From contig JBDGRE010000030.1 of NCBI GenBank assembly GCA_042218325.1, positions 1-39,569 on the forward strand: a stretch of DNA of 39,569 nt, given 5' to 3'. This DNA comes from Candidatus Nanohaloarchaea archaeon. Lineage in GTDB: Archaea > Nanohalarchaeota > Nanosalinia > Nanosalinales > Nanosalinaceae. Both the position numbers and the translations under genes were made by a program. The stretch's first letter is position 1. Each line of letters starts with the position of its first letter. This document shows, piece by piece, positions 1 through 8,478 of this stretch. Below the pieces are notes generated by a model. That model was given only the letters and a program-made list of their open reading frames with translations, was not told the DNA's origin and made no database searches.

Positions 1-305
1 AGCTGGGTTTAGATCGGCGTGAGCCAGATCGGTTGCTATCTGCCGGGAGTGTTTATGCGGTCTGAGAGGAAAGTCCGGACAGTACGAAAGGAACCCTGGA
101 CTGAGGCCTCTGGTCTATCGGTCATCCGAGAGGGTGGCGCCGAGTAGCTACGCCTCACAGGCCTAAAAGCTGAAAGCATCTAAGCTTGAAGGCCTCCTCA
201 AACAAGAAACCGCATCCACTCTCGTACAAGACGAGTCGATAGAGCGGCGGTGTAAGCACCAAGGCAACGAGGTGTTCAGCCGACCGCTACTAACCGTGGG
301 TTTCA
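1..305 (+). rRNA. rrl: 23S rRNA, 3' end (partial; 3' boundary approximate)
   Basis: GCTGGGTTTAGA..CGTGAG peptidyl-transferase/H93 region at 2-30; sarcin-ricin loop AGTACGAAAGGAAC at 81-94; conserved GCTGAAAGCATCTAAG (169-184) and terminal CTACTAAC. Confidence 0.97.
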
Positions 306-461
306 CAGCTTTCCAACAGACGGCACCAACTTGAGCTTTAACATCTCGGGTCCACTCGCAAGAGTCGACCCGTTGAGAAGACCTCTGGTCTTCGACGAGC
401 AGCGTGCCCTCAGTGGATCACACAACGCGGCCGGACCTGCTTGCTATACGCTACACTTTCT

Positions 462-1091
462 CTACTCAATCACAATCTCTCTATCTGATTGAATAGGCAG
501 ACCATACGTTCTAACCCCATCTTCAGAACTTATCTCGAAACGATATTTCCCGTCCAGAATCTTCAGAATATGGCCTTCATAAGCACCAAGTTTCTCTCCA
601 TTTCTGTAGATTTCAACTTCATCAACCGGCATTTTCGTGACAAAAACATCTCTCATCACAGGAATCTTCGATGCAAGAGGCCTAACTTTCTCGTAAATCT
701 GAACTATGTGAGGATTGAAAATAGATTCTATTATCTCCTCCCCAAAGCGTTCATCCTGTCTTTCGGAAGCGTTATCTAATATCCTAACCAGACTATGTAG
801 AACTTCGAAGTCTTCCGCAAGATACGCCTGAACTGCTATTTCTCTCGCATTTTCTTCTATGATTTCAGAAAGTTCTTCGTCGTCTGCCTGTTTGACCTCT
901 TCTCTAAAACTATCCAAGAGCAGTATGAAAGGATCTTTTTCCCAAGAGCGATTAGACACAGAATACGTCTTACTACTCACAGAAAGGCTATATCCTACCG
1001 ACTTATGGCTATACCTCTCATCCTTCTTGTTCTTCAAGCGAGCCTTCTCAGTATTCAGCTCCTTAGTAAGGATATCGTGCCATCCAGCCAT
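462..1091 (-). CDS. hypothetical protein, A+T-rich; C-terminus resembles a PEGA-like beta domain
   Basis: 209-aa acidic ORF; C-terminal EVEIYRNGEKLG...GKYRFEIS pattern; composition differs from flanking genes. Confidence 0.6.
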   Translation of the reverse strand: MAGWHDILTKELNTEKARLKNKKDERYSHKSVGYSLSVSSKTYSVSNRSWEKDPFILLLDSFREEVKQADDEELSEIIEENAREIAVQAYLAEDFEVLHSLVRILDNASERQDERFGEEIIESIFNPHIVQIYEKVRPLASKIPVMRDVFVTKMPVDEVEIYRNGEKLGAYEGHILKILDGKYRFEISSEDGVRTYGLPIQSDREIVIE

Positions 1092-1145
1092 AAAATACAG
1101 TCTATGTATATCTTTTCCCGCAAAATCTAATCGAATATAGTTTAT

Positions 1146-1240
1146 CTAAACAAAACTAAACACCTCCACGCCTCAGCCGAACCCTCTTAGACGCTTTCTG
1201 AACGCCTTTGAACAGTCTTTCACGCGTTCGGGATATAAGG
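1146..1240 (+). promoter_or_regulatory. promoter with helically phased YYNAAC-like direct repeats and TATA box
   Basis: Hexamers at 1146, 1156, 1177, 1187, 1198, 1208, 1218; TATAAGG at 1234; same layout as 11879-11973. Confidence 0.75.
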
Positions 1241-1273
1241 CCCGGCGCGTATCCTGTGGCTGGTGAATCGACC

Positions 1274-1543
1274 ATGAAGAAAGCACTACTTGCGCTTGCT
1301 GCGATAGGGCTTGTGGCAGGAGCTGTAGCACTGCCCTCTCAGGCCGCCGACCAAGTGCCGGACATGGCTTCCCCGGGCGGCCAGGTGCAGATCGACTCTC
1401 CAGGTGAGAGTTCGGACGCGATGAACAGCGGTGCGCCCGCGGAGTTCCCGGGCGGGGCCGAGTTCTCGGGCCCTCCTTCGTTCGTGAAGGATCTGCTGCC
1501 GCAGCAGGCGGTGCAAAAAGTTCCGGGCTGGCTTTTCGGTTAG
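1274..1543 (+). CDS. small secreted protein with C-terminal amphipathic GPPSFV...LFG tail
   Basis: GGTGA SD at 1262, ATG 1274; signal peptide MKKALLALAAIGLVAGAVA. Confidence 0.8.
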   Translation: MKKALLALAAIGLVAGAVALPSQAADQVPDMASPGGQVQIDSPGESSDAMNSGAPAEFPGGAEFSGPPSFVKDLLPQQAVQKVPGWLFG

Positions 1544-1568
1544 CTCCCGATCAACTTCTTTTCTCTTT

Positions 1569-2390
1569 TTATCCAAGCTTCTTGACGGTTACAGGTACTT
1601 CTTCCGGTATCTCGGCGGTGTCTATATTGTAGTCGACGTGGACGCCGTAGAGGTCGATGTGCGGCGAGTTAGAGGCGCGGTCACGAACGTTTCTCTGGAC
1701 CGATGAGAGCAGCTTCTCCGCGTCATCGCGGGAAGTTTTGACCTCGAGGCCTATCACCTTGAAGTCCTCCACTTTCTCCAGCGGTATCCTGACGCGTTCC
1801 CGGTTTATCTCCGCCGAGCTCTTCGAGTGGTCTATGACATCGTACCGCATCTCCTCAGTCTCACCGTTCTTCTCCAGGGCGTAGAGGACCCGGTCTATCG
1901 TCGGTAGAAGGCTTTCCTGGAAACGTTCGAACATGTTTTTCCCGGCAGCGAAGTGGCGGCTCCGGACCTGCTTCAATATCTCTTCACGGTCCATGCCGTA
2001 GTGCGCGACCGAGTTCCCGCTTAGCTTCATCGAGTCTCGTGTATCCGGCTTTTCGCCGAGCCGCAGAGTGGCGGAGTCCGAGCTGTCTCTCAACCGGGCG
2101 TTCTCCCTCAGCTCCCATCCTCCCGGTAGCCTCGACTCGATGTAGCGCTTTATCCGTCCCTTAACGAATCTGGCGACCTTCTCGCCGAAGATACCCTGGA
2201 GCTTCCGTCTCTCAAGCTCCTGTATCTCGTACTCCAGCTCCAGGCCCTCGCTTTCCCGATCCTGGAAGTCGGTTAAACGGGTGAAGCCGTGCTCGCGAAG
2301 CTCCTGCTCCAGCTCCTCCTCGGATTTCTCCAGCTCGACTGCGAGCTTCCTGGGTGATACAAAGTAGGCCCTGTCAAGTATATCCGTCAC
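1569..2390 (-). CDS. PD-(D/E)xK nuclease-fold hypothetical protein
   Basis: GIFGE helix, PTID, IGLEVKTS and LSSVQR match the restriction-endonuclease-like motif order. Confidence 0.6.
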   Translation of the reverse strand: MTDILDRAYFVSPRKLAVELEKSEEELEQELREHGFTRLTDFQDRESEGLELEYEIQELERRKLQGIFGEKVARFVKGRIKRYIESRLPGGWELRENARLRDSSDSATLRLGEKPDTRDSMKLSGNSVAHYGMDREEILKQVRSRHFAAGKNMFERFQESLLPTIDRVLYALEKNGETEEMRYDVIDHSKSSAEINRERVRIPLEKVEDFKVIGLEVKTSRDDAEKLLSSVQRNVRDRASNSPHIDLYGVHVDYNIDTAEIPEEVPVTVKKLG

Positions 2391-2431
2391 ATCTTAAGCT
2401 TCTCTGGGCTAGTTATTATTGGTTCAGGTCG

Positions 2432-2453
2432 GGCATCCGGTTGTTCCGGTAGA
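2432..2453. promoter_or_regulatory. candidate operator GGCATCCGGTTGTTCCGGTAGA
   Basis: Intergenic between divergent genes; near-identical copy at 7396-7418. Confidence 0.6.
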
Positions 2454-2495
2454 TGAAGGGAAAAGGTTATTGACAGTGGAGGATAAGCTTCTTGC

Positions 2496-2987
2496 GTGAT
2501 AAGAGAGCACGCCCCCGTTCTGCTTATACCGGCAGCCTGGCTGGTCACCGCCCAATCGGTACTGGGCGGAGGCTCAGAGCTTGTGACCGGCATGCATATC
2601 TTCATGACGCTGTTCCTCGGGCTGTTTGTCGCAACGTCATGGAGGGAGATGGAGGTAGCTGTCCTCAACACATGGAGATGGGTGATAGCCGGAGGCTTCG
2701 TGCCGACGCTGCTCGCGACCTACGGGCTGATGGAGGGCGTCTCTTTCCTTCATGTACTCTCTCTTTCGTACTGGCTTCTCGTGCCGGGGCTGGCGATGTT
2801 CTCGAACGCGGAGGAGCTCGTGCAGGACTCGAAAAACTTCAGGAAGCTCGGGGTCTCCACCGTACCGGTGATGGGTCTTTACGGTATCGGGCTGACGGGT
2901 AACCGTGCGGCGCTGGCCGCGAGTATCTTCCTGGCGATGCTAACCCAGACATACGGTATAGCACTTGCGGCACGGATGGAGGGCTAA
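2496..2987 (+). CDS. multi-pass membrane protein, upstream of photolyase
   Basis: About six hydrophobic segments; stop is 1 nt before the photolyase ATG. Confidence 0.8.
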   Translation: MIREHAPVLLIPAAWLVTAQSVLGGGSELVTGMHIFMTLFLGLFVATSWREMEVAVLNTWRWVIAGGFVPTLLATYGLMEGVSFLHVLSLSYWLLVPGLAMFSNAEELVQDSKNFRKLGVSTVPVMGLYGIGLTGNRAALAASIFLAMLTQTYGIALAARMEG

Positions 2988-2988
2988 G

Positions 2989-4341
2989 ATGAGGATATTC
3001 CTACATATGGATGACCTCCGGGTCCACGACAACGCGGGGCTTTCAGAGGCGGGAAGCGGCGATGAGGTGCTGCCGGTCCACGTCAGGGATCCCCGGATAG
3101 TTGAGAGGCAGGGTGAGAAGAAGAGAAAGTTCAGGGAGGGCGCCCTGGAAAGACTGAGGCAGGAGTACCACGAAAGGGACGGTTCCCTGCTTCTCAGGGA
3201 TGGCAGGACCGCCGACATGGTGGAGCACGTAGCCCAGGCCTTCGACGCGGAAGCCGTCTACTACAACAGGAGCTACAGCCCGCTCAAGATGGAGATAGAG
3301 AGGGAGCTCGAGGAGCTGGAGCTCGAGAGCCGCTCGTTCAAGGACCGTCTGCTGGTCGAGCCCAGAGAGCTTGAGACGGAGTACTCAACTTTCTCACAGT
3401 TCTACTCCGACTGGAAGCAGGTCGGGAAGAGGGCGCCCTTCCACGGACCGGAACAGGTGGCGGACGTCGAGGAGGAGAACCAAGCTGAGGGACTCGAGGC
3501 GGACGAGCTGCCCGAGCCCGGAGAGGAAGCGGCGCTGGAGCGGTGGGAGTCCTTCCGCGATGAAAGGCTCGAGAGGTACAAATACGACAGAGACGACGTG
3601 AGCGACCCCGAGGCGGTATCCCGCCTCTCACCTTACTACAGCTCCGGTCTGCTTGGGCTAAGGACCGTGCTGTCCGATATCGAGGAGATGATACGTCGGG
3701 AGGATGATTCGGGAAAGATACGCAACTACGCAAAGTACCGCAGCGAGCTGGCCTGGAGGGAGTTCTTCTACCAAGTGCTTTACCACAACCCGGAGTCGGT
3801 CACCGAGAACTACAAGGATTTCGAGAACGGTATAGACTGGAGGAACGATCCTGAAGAGCTCGAGGCCTGGAAGGAGGGCAGGACCGGGGTGCCGTTCGTC
3901 GACGCAGGTATCAGGGAGCTTCTCGAGACCGGTTACATGCATAACAGGCTCCGCCAGAACGTGGCCTCGTTCCTTACCAAGCACCTGATGATTGACTGGC
4001 GGGAGGGCGCCAGCTTCTTCAGGAAGCACCTGGTCGACCATGACACCGCCTCCAACACAGGCGGGTGGCAGTGGTCTGCATCGACCGGGACCGACTCGGT
4101 ACCTGTCAGGATATTCAACCCTGTCAAGCAGGGCCGCAAGTACGATGAGAACTCGGATTACATCAGGAGATGGATACCGGAGCTCCGCGACCTCGACCCC
4201 GAGGAGATACACAGATGGGTAGAGATGGGCGAGGAGGAGAGAAGCCGTCTGGAGACGGACTACCCTTCTCCCATCGTCGACTTCGATGCGAGGTACCACG
4301 AGGGGAAGAAGATGTTCGAGCGGGCGCTCGGTAAGAGATAG
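2989..4341 (+). CDS. phr: deoxyribodipyrimidine (CPD class I) photolyase
   Basis: DLRVHDNAGL N-terminus; SRLSPY; ELAWREFF; GRTGVPFVDAGIRELLETGYMHNRLR; NTGGWQWSASTG FAD-binding motifs. Confidence 0.96.
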   Translation: MRIFLHMDDLRVHDNAGLSEAGSGDEVLPVHVRDPRIVERQGEKKRKFREGALERLRQEYHERDGSLLLRDGRTADMVEHVAQAFDAEAVYYNRSYSPLKMEIERELEELELESRSFKDRLLVEPRELETEYSTFSQFYSDWKQVGKRAPFHGPEQVADVEEENQAEGLEADELPEPGEEAALERWESFRDERLERYKYDRDDVSDPEAVSRLSPYYSSGLLGLRTVLSDIEEMIRREDDSGKIRNYAKYRSELAWREFFYQVLYHNPESVTENYKDFENGIDWRNDPEELEAWKEGRTGVPFVDAGIRELLETGYMHNRLRQNVASFLTKHLMIDWREGASFFRKHLVDHDTASNTGGWQWSASTGTDSVPVRIFNPVKQGRKYDENSDYIRRWIPELRDLDPEEIHRWVEMGEEERSRLETDYPSPIVDFDARYHEGKKMFERALGKR

Positions 4342-4343
4342 CT

Positions 4344-6437
4344 CTAGAGGTAGGAGTGTATGGTTTTCCTGCTGGTTTTCTTCAGCTCCCTTCTCACGTC
4401 TTCACGGTCCATGCCGAGCGGGGAGAGCACGCTCTCCGCCGCCCTGACGAGCTGCGTCCTGTAGAACCCGGTGTCGTATCTTGCGGTGTTTTCGAAGGCG
4501 AGCCTCACTCGGGCTCTCGGCGGCGCGTTGTCGTTCCTGACCACGTACCTGACGCGCTGGCCCGGCTTTATCTCTATGCCGTGCTGCCTGGCGCGCTTCA
4601 TCGCCGCGACCGTCCTGTTGGAGACCTGGTAGTCCTCCAGCGCCTTCGAGGCCTTCTTCTCCACCACGAGCCGGTCCGGGTCGACTTCCCCCGACTCCAG
4701 CCTGTCAACCTTCTCACGCAGCACATCCAAGACGTCCTCCTCGCTCATCTCCCGGTCGAGAGCCTCTATCATCTCCATCTGGGAGTCCTTCACGAAGCCC
4801 GGGCTTGAGCTCTGCTCCACCTCTATCCCTGCGGTCTTGAAACCTCCTGACTTCTTCTTGCCAAAATACCGGTTGAGCGTCGCGATGTCCGCATCCGAGG
4901 ATGAACGGGGAACGAAGGCGACCCATTCGAACTCGTGCTCGGGCTCCAGCTCTATGCCTATCTCTTGGGTTATATGCTCGCAAACCTTCTCAAAGTTTTC
5001 CGCATCCCGCTTCTTTTGGACCCAGATGGAGTCAATTATGCCGTGCGCGATGCTGTATCCGGCGTCCTCGAACATCTCCTTCGTTTCAACCATTATCTCT
5101 CGGTCGAACGCTTGGATGGCCTGGTGGCACTCTATCGCGCCGTAGCTGGCGTGGCAGTGGCCCATATAGCCGAAGCACGAGACCAGCAGCCACTTGATCG
5201 CGTCGACGCTGCCCTGCAGGTCCCTCCTCTCTTTCTCGTCCAGTTCCTCCCCGGCGAGTCTCTTCTTCATCCGCTGCCTGTCCTCGACCAGGGGTTCAAG
5301 GACGCGCGGGATAAAACCCTCCTCGTCGCATATCGAGTAGTCGAGCTCCGGCACCCTGTCGTTGTCGCAGCAGCCGCAGTTTACCGTCTCCGGGCTTATG
5401 TTCTTCTTGACCATTATGTTCGGGAAAAGCGAGGCGAAGTCGGCCTCGTAGACGTTCTCGTGGATGGAAGGCTCCGGGTTGAAGATGAAGCCGCCCCTGT
5501 CCGCGCGGTGCATCGTTGATGCCTTCTTCGGCTGCTCGCCGCTCCAGTTCTTCCACGGGGTAAGCGTTTTCTCCTCCAGGTATGCGCGCCGGACCTCGAT
5601 GCTGGTCAAAAGGCGGCCGATGCTGCCCCAGGCAAGCTCCTGCATCGGGCGGTAGCTTCTCTCGACGAGGTCCCAGAAGCCTTCCAGCGTCGCCTCACCT
5701 ATCAGGAAGCTGTTCGACCTGTCGATGACGACGCGGCCGGGGACGTTGTAGCGGGAGGCGGAGTGGACTGTCTTCCCGTAGCTATGGACCGTGTTCTCGC
5801 CCGCGACCTGCTCGAAGCTTCCCGCCCGGCCGAGCGAGCCAAGCCCCTGCTCGTTCATCCTTGTCTCCAGCAGCTCGAGGACCTGGCCGCGGTTGACCAT
5901 CAGGAGGTCCGGGTCCCTCCGCTCAAAGACGCGGTGGAACTTTTCGACCGCCTCACCCTCGGAGCCTTCCATCTCTTCACCGTCGACCTTCAGGCCCGAG
6001 AGCTCGCCAGACGCGATATACTTCCTGTGGAGCGTTATATCCATCCTGTCGAGTTCGAACTCGGGGACCGGGCAGGTCTCGCGCTGTAGGCAGAACCTGA
6101 ACTGCGGGCTGAAGCCGACGTTGTAGAACCTGAACTCGCTCCTGCCGAAGCTCTTCTTCAGCCTGTTGACAGCAGACCTCAGCGCGTCCTCCGAAAAGGT
6201 GTCGACCCTGAGGACCTTCTTCTCCGGCTTCGAGAGCGTCGGCTTCCAGGTCTCGAAGCAGGTCGAATCGACTCCATCCAGGCGGCTGAGCCACGGTCTT
6301 CCTCTATGCAGTGATGTCCTGTCGCCCTCGATGTAGAAACGCGGCCGGTAGCCCGGGTGCCTCTCGGCCTCGACCCTGTTCCTGGTCTTCGTCCAGGTGA
6401 CCGCGTCACCGTCGACGAAGTCAATCTTGAATACCAT
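4344..6437 (-). CDS. polB2: archaeal family B DNA polymerase, PolB2 group
   Basis: Motif A DFASLFP, motif B KWLLVSCFGY, degenerate motif C HGIIDS (vs YGDTDS), degenerate exonuclease region. Confidence 0.92.
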   Translation of the reverse strand: MVFKIDFVDGDAVTWTKTRNRVEAERHPGYRPRFYIEGDRTSLHRGRPWLSRLDGVDSTCFETWKPTLSKPEKKVLRVDTFSEDALRSAVNRLKKSFGRSEFRFYNVGFSPQFRFCLQRETCPVPEFELDRMDITLHRKYIASGELSGLKVDGEEMEGSEGEAVEKFHRVFERRDPDLLMVNRGQVLELLETRMNEQGLGSLGRAGSFEQVAGENTVHSYGKTVHSASRYNVPGRVVIDRSNSFLIGEATLEGFWDLVERSYRPMQELAWGSIGRLLTSIEVRRAYLEEKTLTPWKNWSGEQPKKASTMHRADRGGFIFNPEPSIHENVYEADFASLFPNIMVKKNISPETVNCGCCDNDRVPELDYSICDEEGFIPRVLEPLVEDRQRMKKRLAGEELDEKERRDLQGSVDAIKWLLVSCFGYMGHCHASYGAIECHQAIQAFDREIMVETKEMFEDAGYSIAHGIIDSIWVQKKRDAENFEKVCEHITQEIGIELEPEHEFEWVAFVPRSSSDADIATLNRYFGKKKSGGFKTAGIEVEQSSSPGFVKDSQMEMIEALDREMSEEDVLDVLREKVDRLESGEVDPDRLVVEKKASKALEDYQVSNRTVAAMKRARQHGIEIKPGQRVRYVVRNDNAPPRARVRLAFENTARYDTGFYRTQLVRAAESVLSPLGMDREDVRRELKKTSRKTIHSYL

Positions 6438-6708
6438 CCTCGAGCTCTTGGATGCGTTTCTCCAGCTCCGTGATTTTCTCTGCGTTCTCCGAACTCTCCT
6501 TCTGGAGGCCGAGAAGCATCGAGATTATCGCGGGTATACCCGGGCTGGACGAGTTCATGTAGGAGGCGGCGTGGGCGTAGCTGTGGGCTTTCTCCCAGAG
6601 ACCGTCAAGATGTTCCTGGTTGGTATCCCGCAGCGCCTTCCGGAAAGGTCTGAAGCTCTCGATGAAGCTGTCCAGGTGGTTCCGGTAGGTTGAGTTCGTC
6701 CGTCCCAT
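6421..6708 (-). CDS. small helical PolB2-associated protein (arCOG07300-like)
   Basis: MGRTNSTYR...FRKALR N-terminus; overlaps polB2 start. Confidence 0.85.
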   Translation of the reverse strand: MGRTNSTYRNHLDSFIESFRPFRKALRDTNQEHLDGLWEKAHSYAHAASYMNSSSPGIPAIISMLLGLQKESSENAEKITELEKRIQELEDGIQD

Positions 6709-7352
6709 CAGTAGGTCGCGACCGTCTCGACTTCCCTGGTTTTGCTGCTCCAGTAAGGTAGTGTAGTCTGGAAGCTGCCCGGGCTGCGATAGAAGAGCTG
6801 CTGGTGTTCCTTCGACTCGTACCTGACTCCTTCCGGTGTCCTCTCGACATCTATCCGGTTGGATGCGTCCCTCCTGACCCGGTAGCAGAGCAGGCTGTCT
6901 CCCGGGACCGAGACCAGTACCTTGAGGTCGAACTTCTTCTGCAGTCTTACGACCTCGTCCCAGGCCTCCAAGAACAGCTCCTCGGCCTCCCAGTCGCTTA
7001 CTTGGCCGTCGAGGTAGAGATGGCTGAACTGGGGAAGTGCCAGGAACTTCACGTCTTGGTCAATCCAGTCCTCGAGACCGGTCACCAGGCTGTGGTGCTG
7101 GAACGGCGTGAAAGCACGGCCTATCCTGACCCTATCGAGCACCTCGGCCCCTGATGCGGAGGCGAGCGCGTAGGTCGAGGACTGGTTCCGTGTATCTATC
7201 CAGACCGCCTCGCCCCTGGAGGACCCGAGTTCCGACGCGAGCAGCTCCTGGAAGACAGGACGCTTCTCCGGCTTCTCGACCAGGTTGACGCCCTCCTCGA
7301 CCTCGGGACTTGAATGCTTCACGACCTTCCCGGCTTCAGCAGTTTCTCGCAT
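6708..7352 (-). CDS. inactivated RadA/RecA-like P-loop protein of the PolB2 cassette
   Basis: AVWIDTRN and RIGRAFTPFQHHSL motifs; no intact Walker A; likely ATG at 7352. Confidence 0.8.
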   Translation of the reverse strand: MRETAEAGKVVKHSSPEVEEGVNLVEKPEKRPVFQELLASELGSSRGEAVWIDTRNQSSTYALASASGAEVLDRVRIGRAFTPFQHHSLVTGLEDWIDQDVKFLALPQFSHLYLDGQVSDWEAEELFLEAWDEVVRLQKKFDLKVLVSVPGDSLLCYRVRRDASNRIDVERTPEGVRYESKEHQQLFYRSPGSFQTTLPYWSSKTREVETVATY

Positions 7353-7395
7353 CCTGGACAAGAGATATCCATAACTGTTAAAGTGGGTAGCTCGT

Positions 7396-7418
7396 GGCAT
7401 TCCGGCTGTTCCGGTAAA
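7396..7418. promoter_or_regulatory. candidate operator GGCATTCCGGCTGTTCCGGTAAA
   Basis: Intergenic between the divergent PolB2 cassette and epimerase; matches 2432-2453. Confidence 0.6.
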
Positions 7419-7455
7419 GAGTAGAGTTAAACCGGTGGAAGCAAAAGATGGAGGC

Positions 7456-8247
7456 ATGAAGGTGCTGGTCGCGGGTAAGGGCTTTATCGGAGAGGCCGTA
7501 GGAGAAAAACTGGAGGGAAGACACGAAGTGAAGTACCTCGACAGGGGTGGCGCTGATCACGAATACGATATCACAGAGGAGTTCTCGATAGACGAGGAGT
7601 TCGAAGTGCTGATCCACACCATAGGACTGGCGCCCGGCTTCAGTTCAGCGGAGGAGTACCGGGAGGTTCATGTCGAGGGAACCCGGAACCTCTTGGAGGC
7701 GGTAGACGCAGAGAGAGCGGTCTACATGAGCGCGCTGAAGGCGGGAGAGGTCGACCACAGCTTCTTCCGGACGAAGAGGGAGGCAGAAGAGATACTGGAG
7801 GGATCAAGCATGGAACACGCGATAATCCGTCCATCGACCGTTTACGGAAGGGGCAACAGGCTGCTCGACATGATGCGGAGGCTCGCGCCCTCGAAGATAT
7901 TCCCGGATATAAAGACCCGGACGCAGCCGATACTGCTGGGGGACCTGGTGGAGATGACAGTCAGGCTGATCGAGGAAGAGGAGAATGGCATATTCAGGGC
8001 GGCGGGACCCGAAAAGATGACAGTCGGCGAGCTCGCAAGGCATGTCTACGCGGAGGAGGGCTACAGCTGCCTGCTTGTTCCCGGCGCCCAGCTCTCGATG
8101 GAGTACTCCCTGGCGTTTCTGAGCTTCCTTCCACCGCCTTTCGAGGACGAGAACATAAAGTTGATGAGGCACGATAACACGACGGATGAGAACGATGCGG
8201 AGAGATTCGTGGACCTCAGATCGATAGATGGCAGGAGGAAAGCTTGA
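7456..8247 (+). CDS. NAD(P)-dependent epimerase/dehydratase (atypical SDR, NDUFA9-like)
   Basis: MKVLVAGKGFIG Rossmann motif, HVEGTRNLL, FRTKREAE, IRPSTVYG; GGAGG SD. Confidence 0.9.
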   Translation: MKVLVAGKGFIGEAVGEKLEGRHEVKYLDRGGADHEYDITEEFSIDEEFEVLIHTIGLAPGFSSAEEYREVHVEGTRNLLEAVDAERAVYMSALKAGEVDHSFFRTKREAEEILEGSSMEHAIIRPSTVYGRGNRLLDMMRRLAPSKIFPDIKTRTQPILLGDLVEMTVRLIEEEENGIFRAAGPEKMTVGELARHVYAEEGYSCLLVPGAQLSMEYSLAFLSFLPPPFEDENIKLMRHDNTTDENDAERFVDLRSIDGRRKA

Positions 8248-8271
8248 ATAGTGGCGGCGTGAACTTATCAT

Positions 8272-8478
8272 ATGGAGCAGAACCTGTCGGAAAGAGAAAG
8301 GAAGATAAGACTGGCCGCCGGCATCCTGGTGCTGGCAGCGACCGGAGCCCTCTACCACCAAGGCGCGAGCGCGGGAGTTTTAGCGGCCCTCGCCCTGCTG
8401 GGTGCCGGACTTGTTGCCAACTACTTCACCTGCTTCTGCGGAACCAAGAAGCTGGTGAAGAGCATGACCGGTGACTAG
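8272..8478 (+). CDS. DUF2892/YgaP-like small membrane protein
   Basis: MEQNLSERERKIRL, two TM helices, FC motif. Confidence 0.8.
   Translation: MEQNLSERERKIRLAAGILVLAATGALYHQGASAGVLAALALLGAGLVANYFTCFCGTKKLVKSMTGD

Noticed and set aside
310-450. 5S rRNA downstream of the 23S
   Set aside because: No 5S conserved segments (CCGAAC loop C, AGUA loop E, paired termini) recognisable on either strand.
4344-6437. Replicative or viral/casposon PolB
   Set aside because: Degenerate motif C and exonuclease, no TPR-like inserts or cas1; context is the cellular PolB2 triad.
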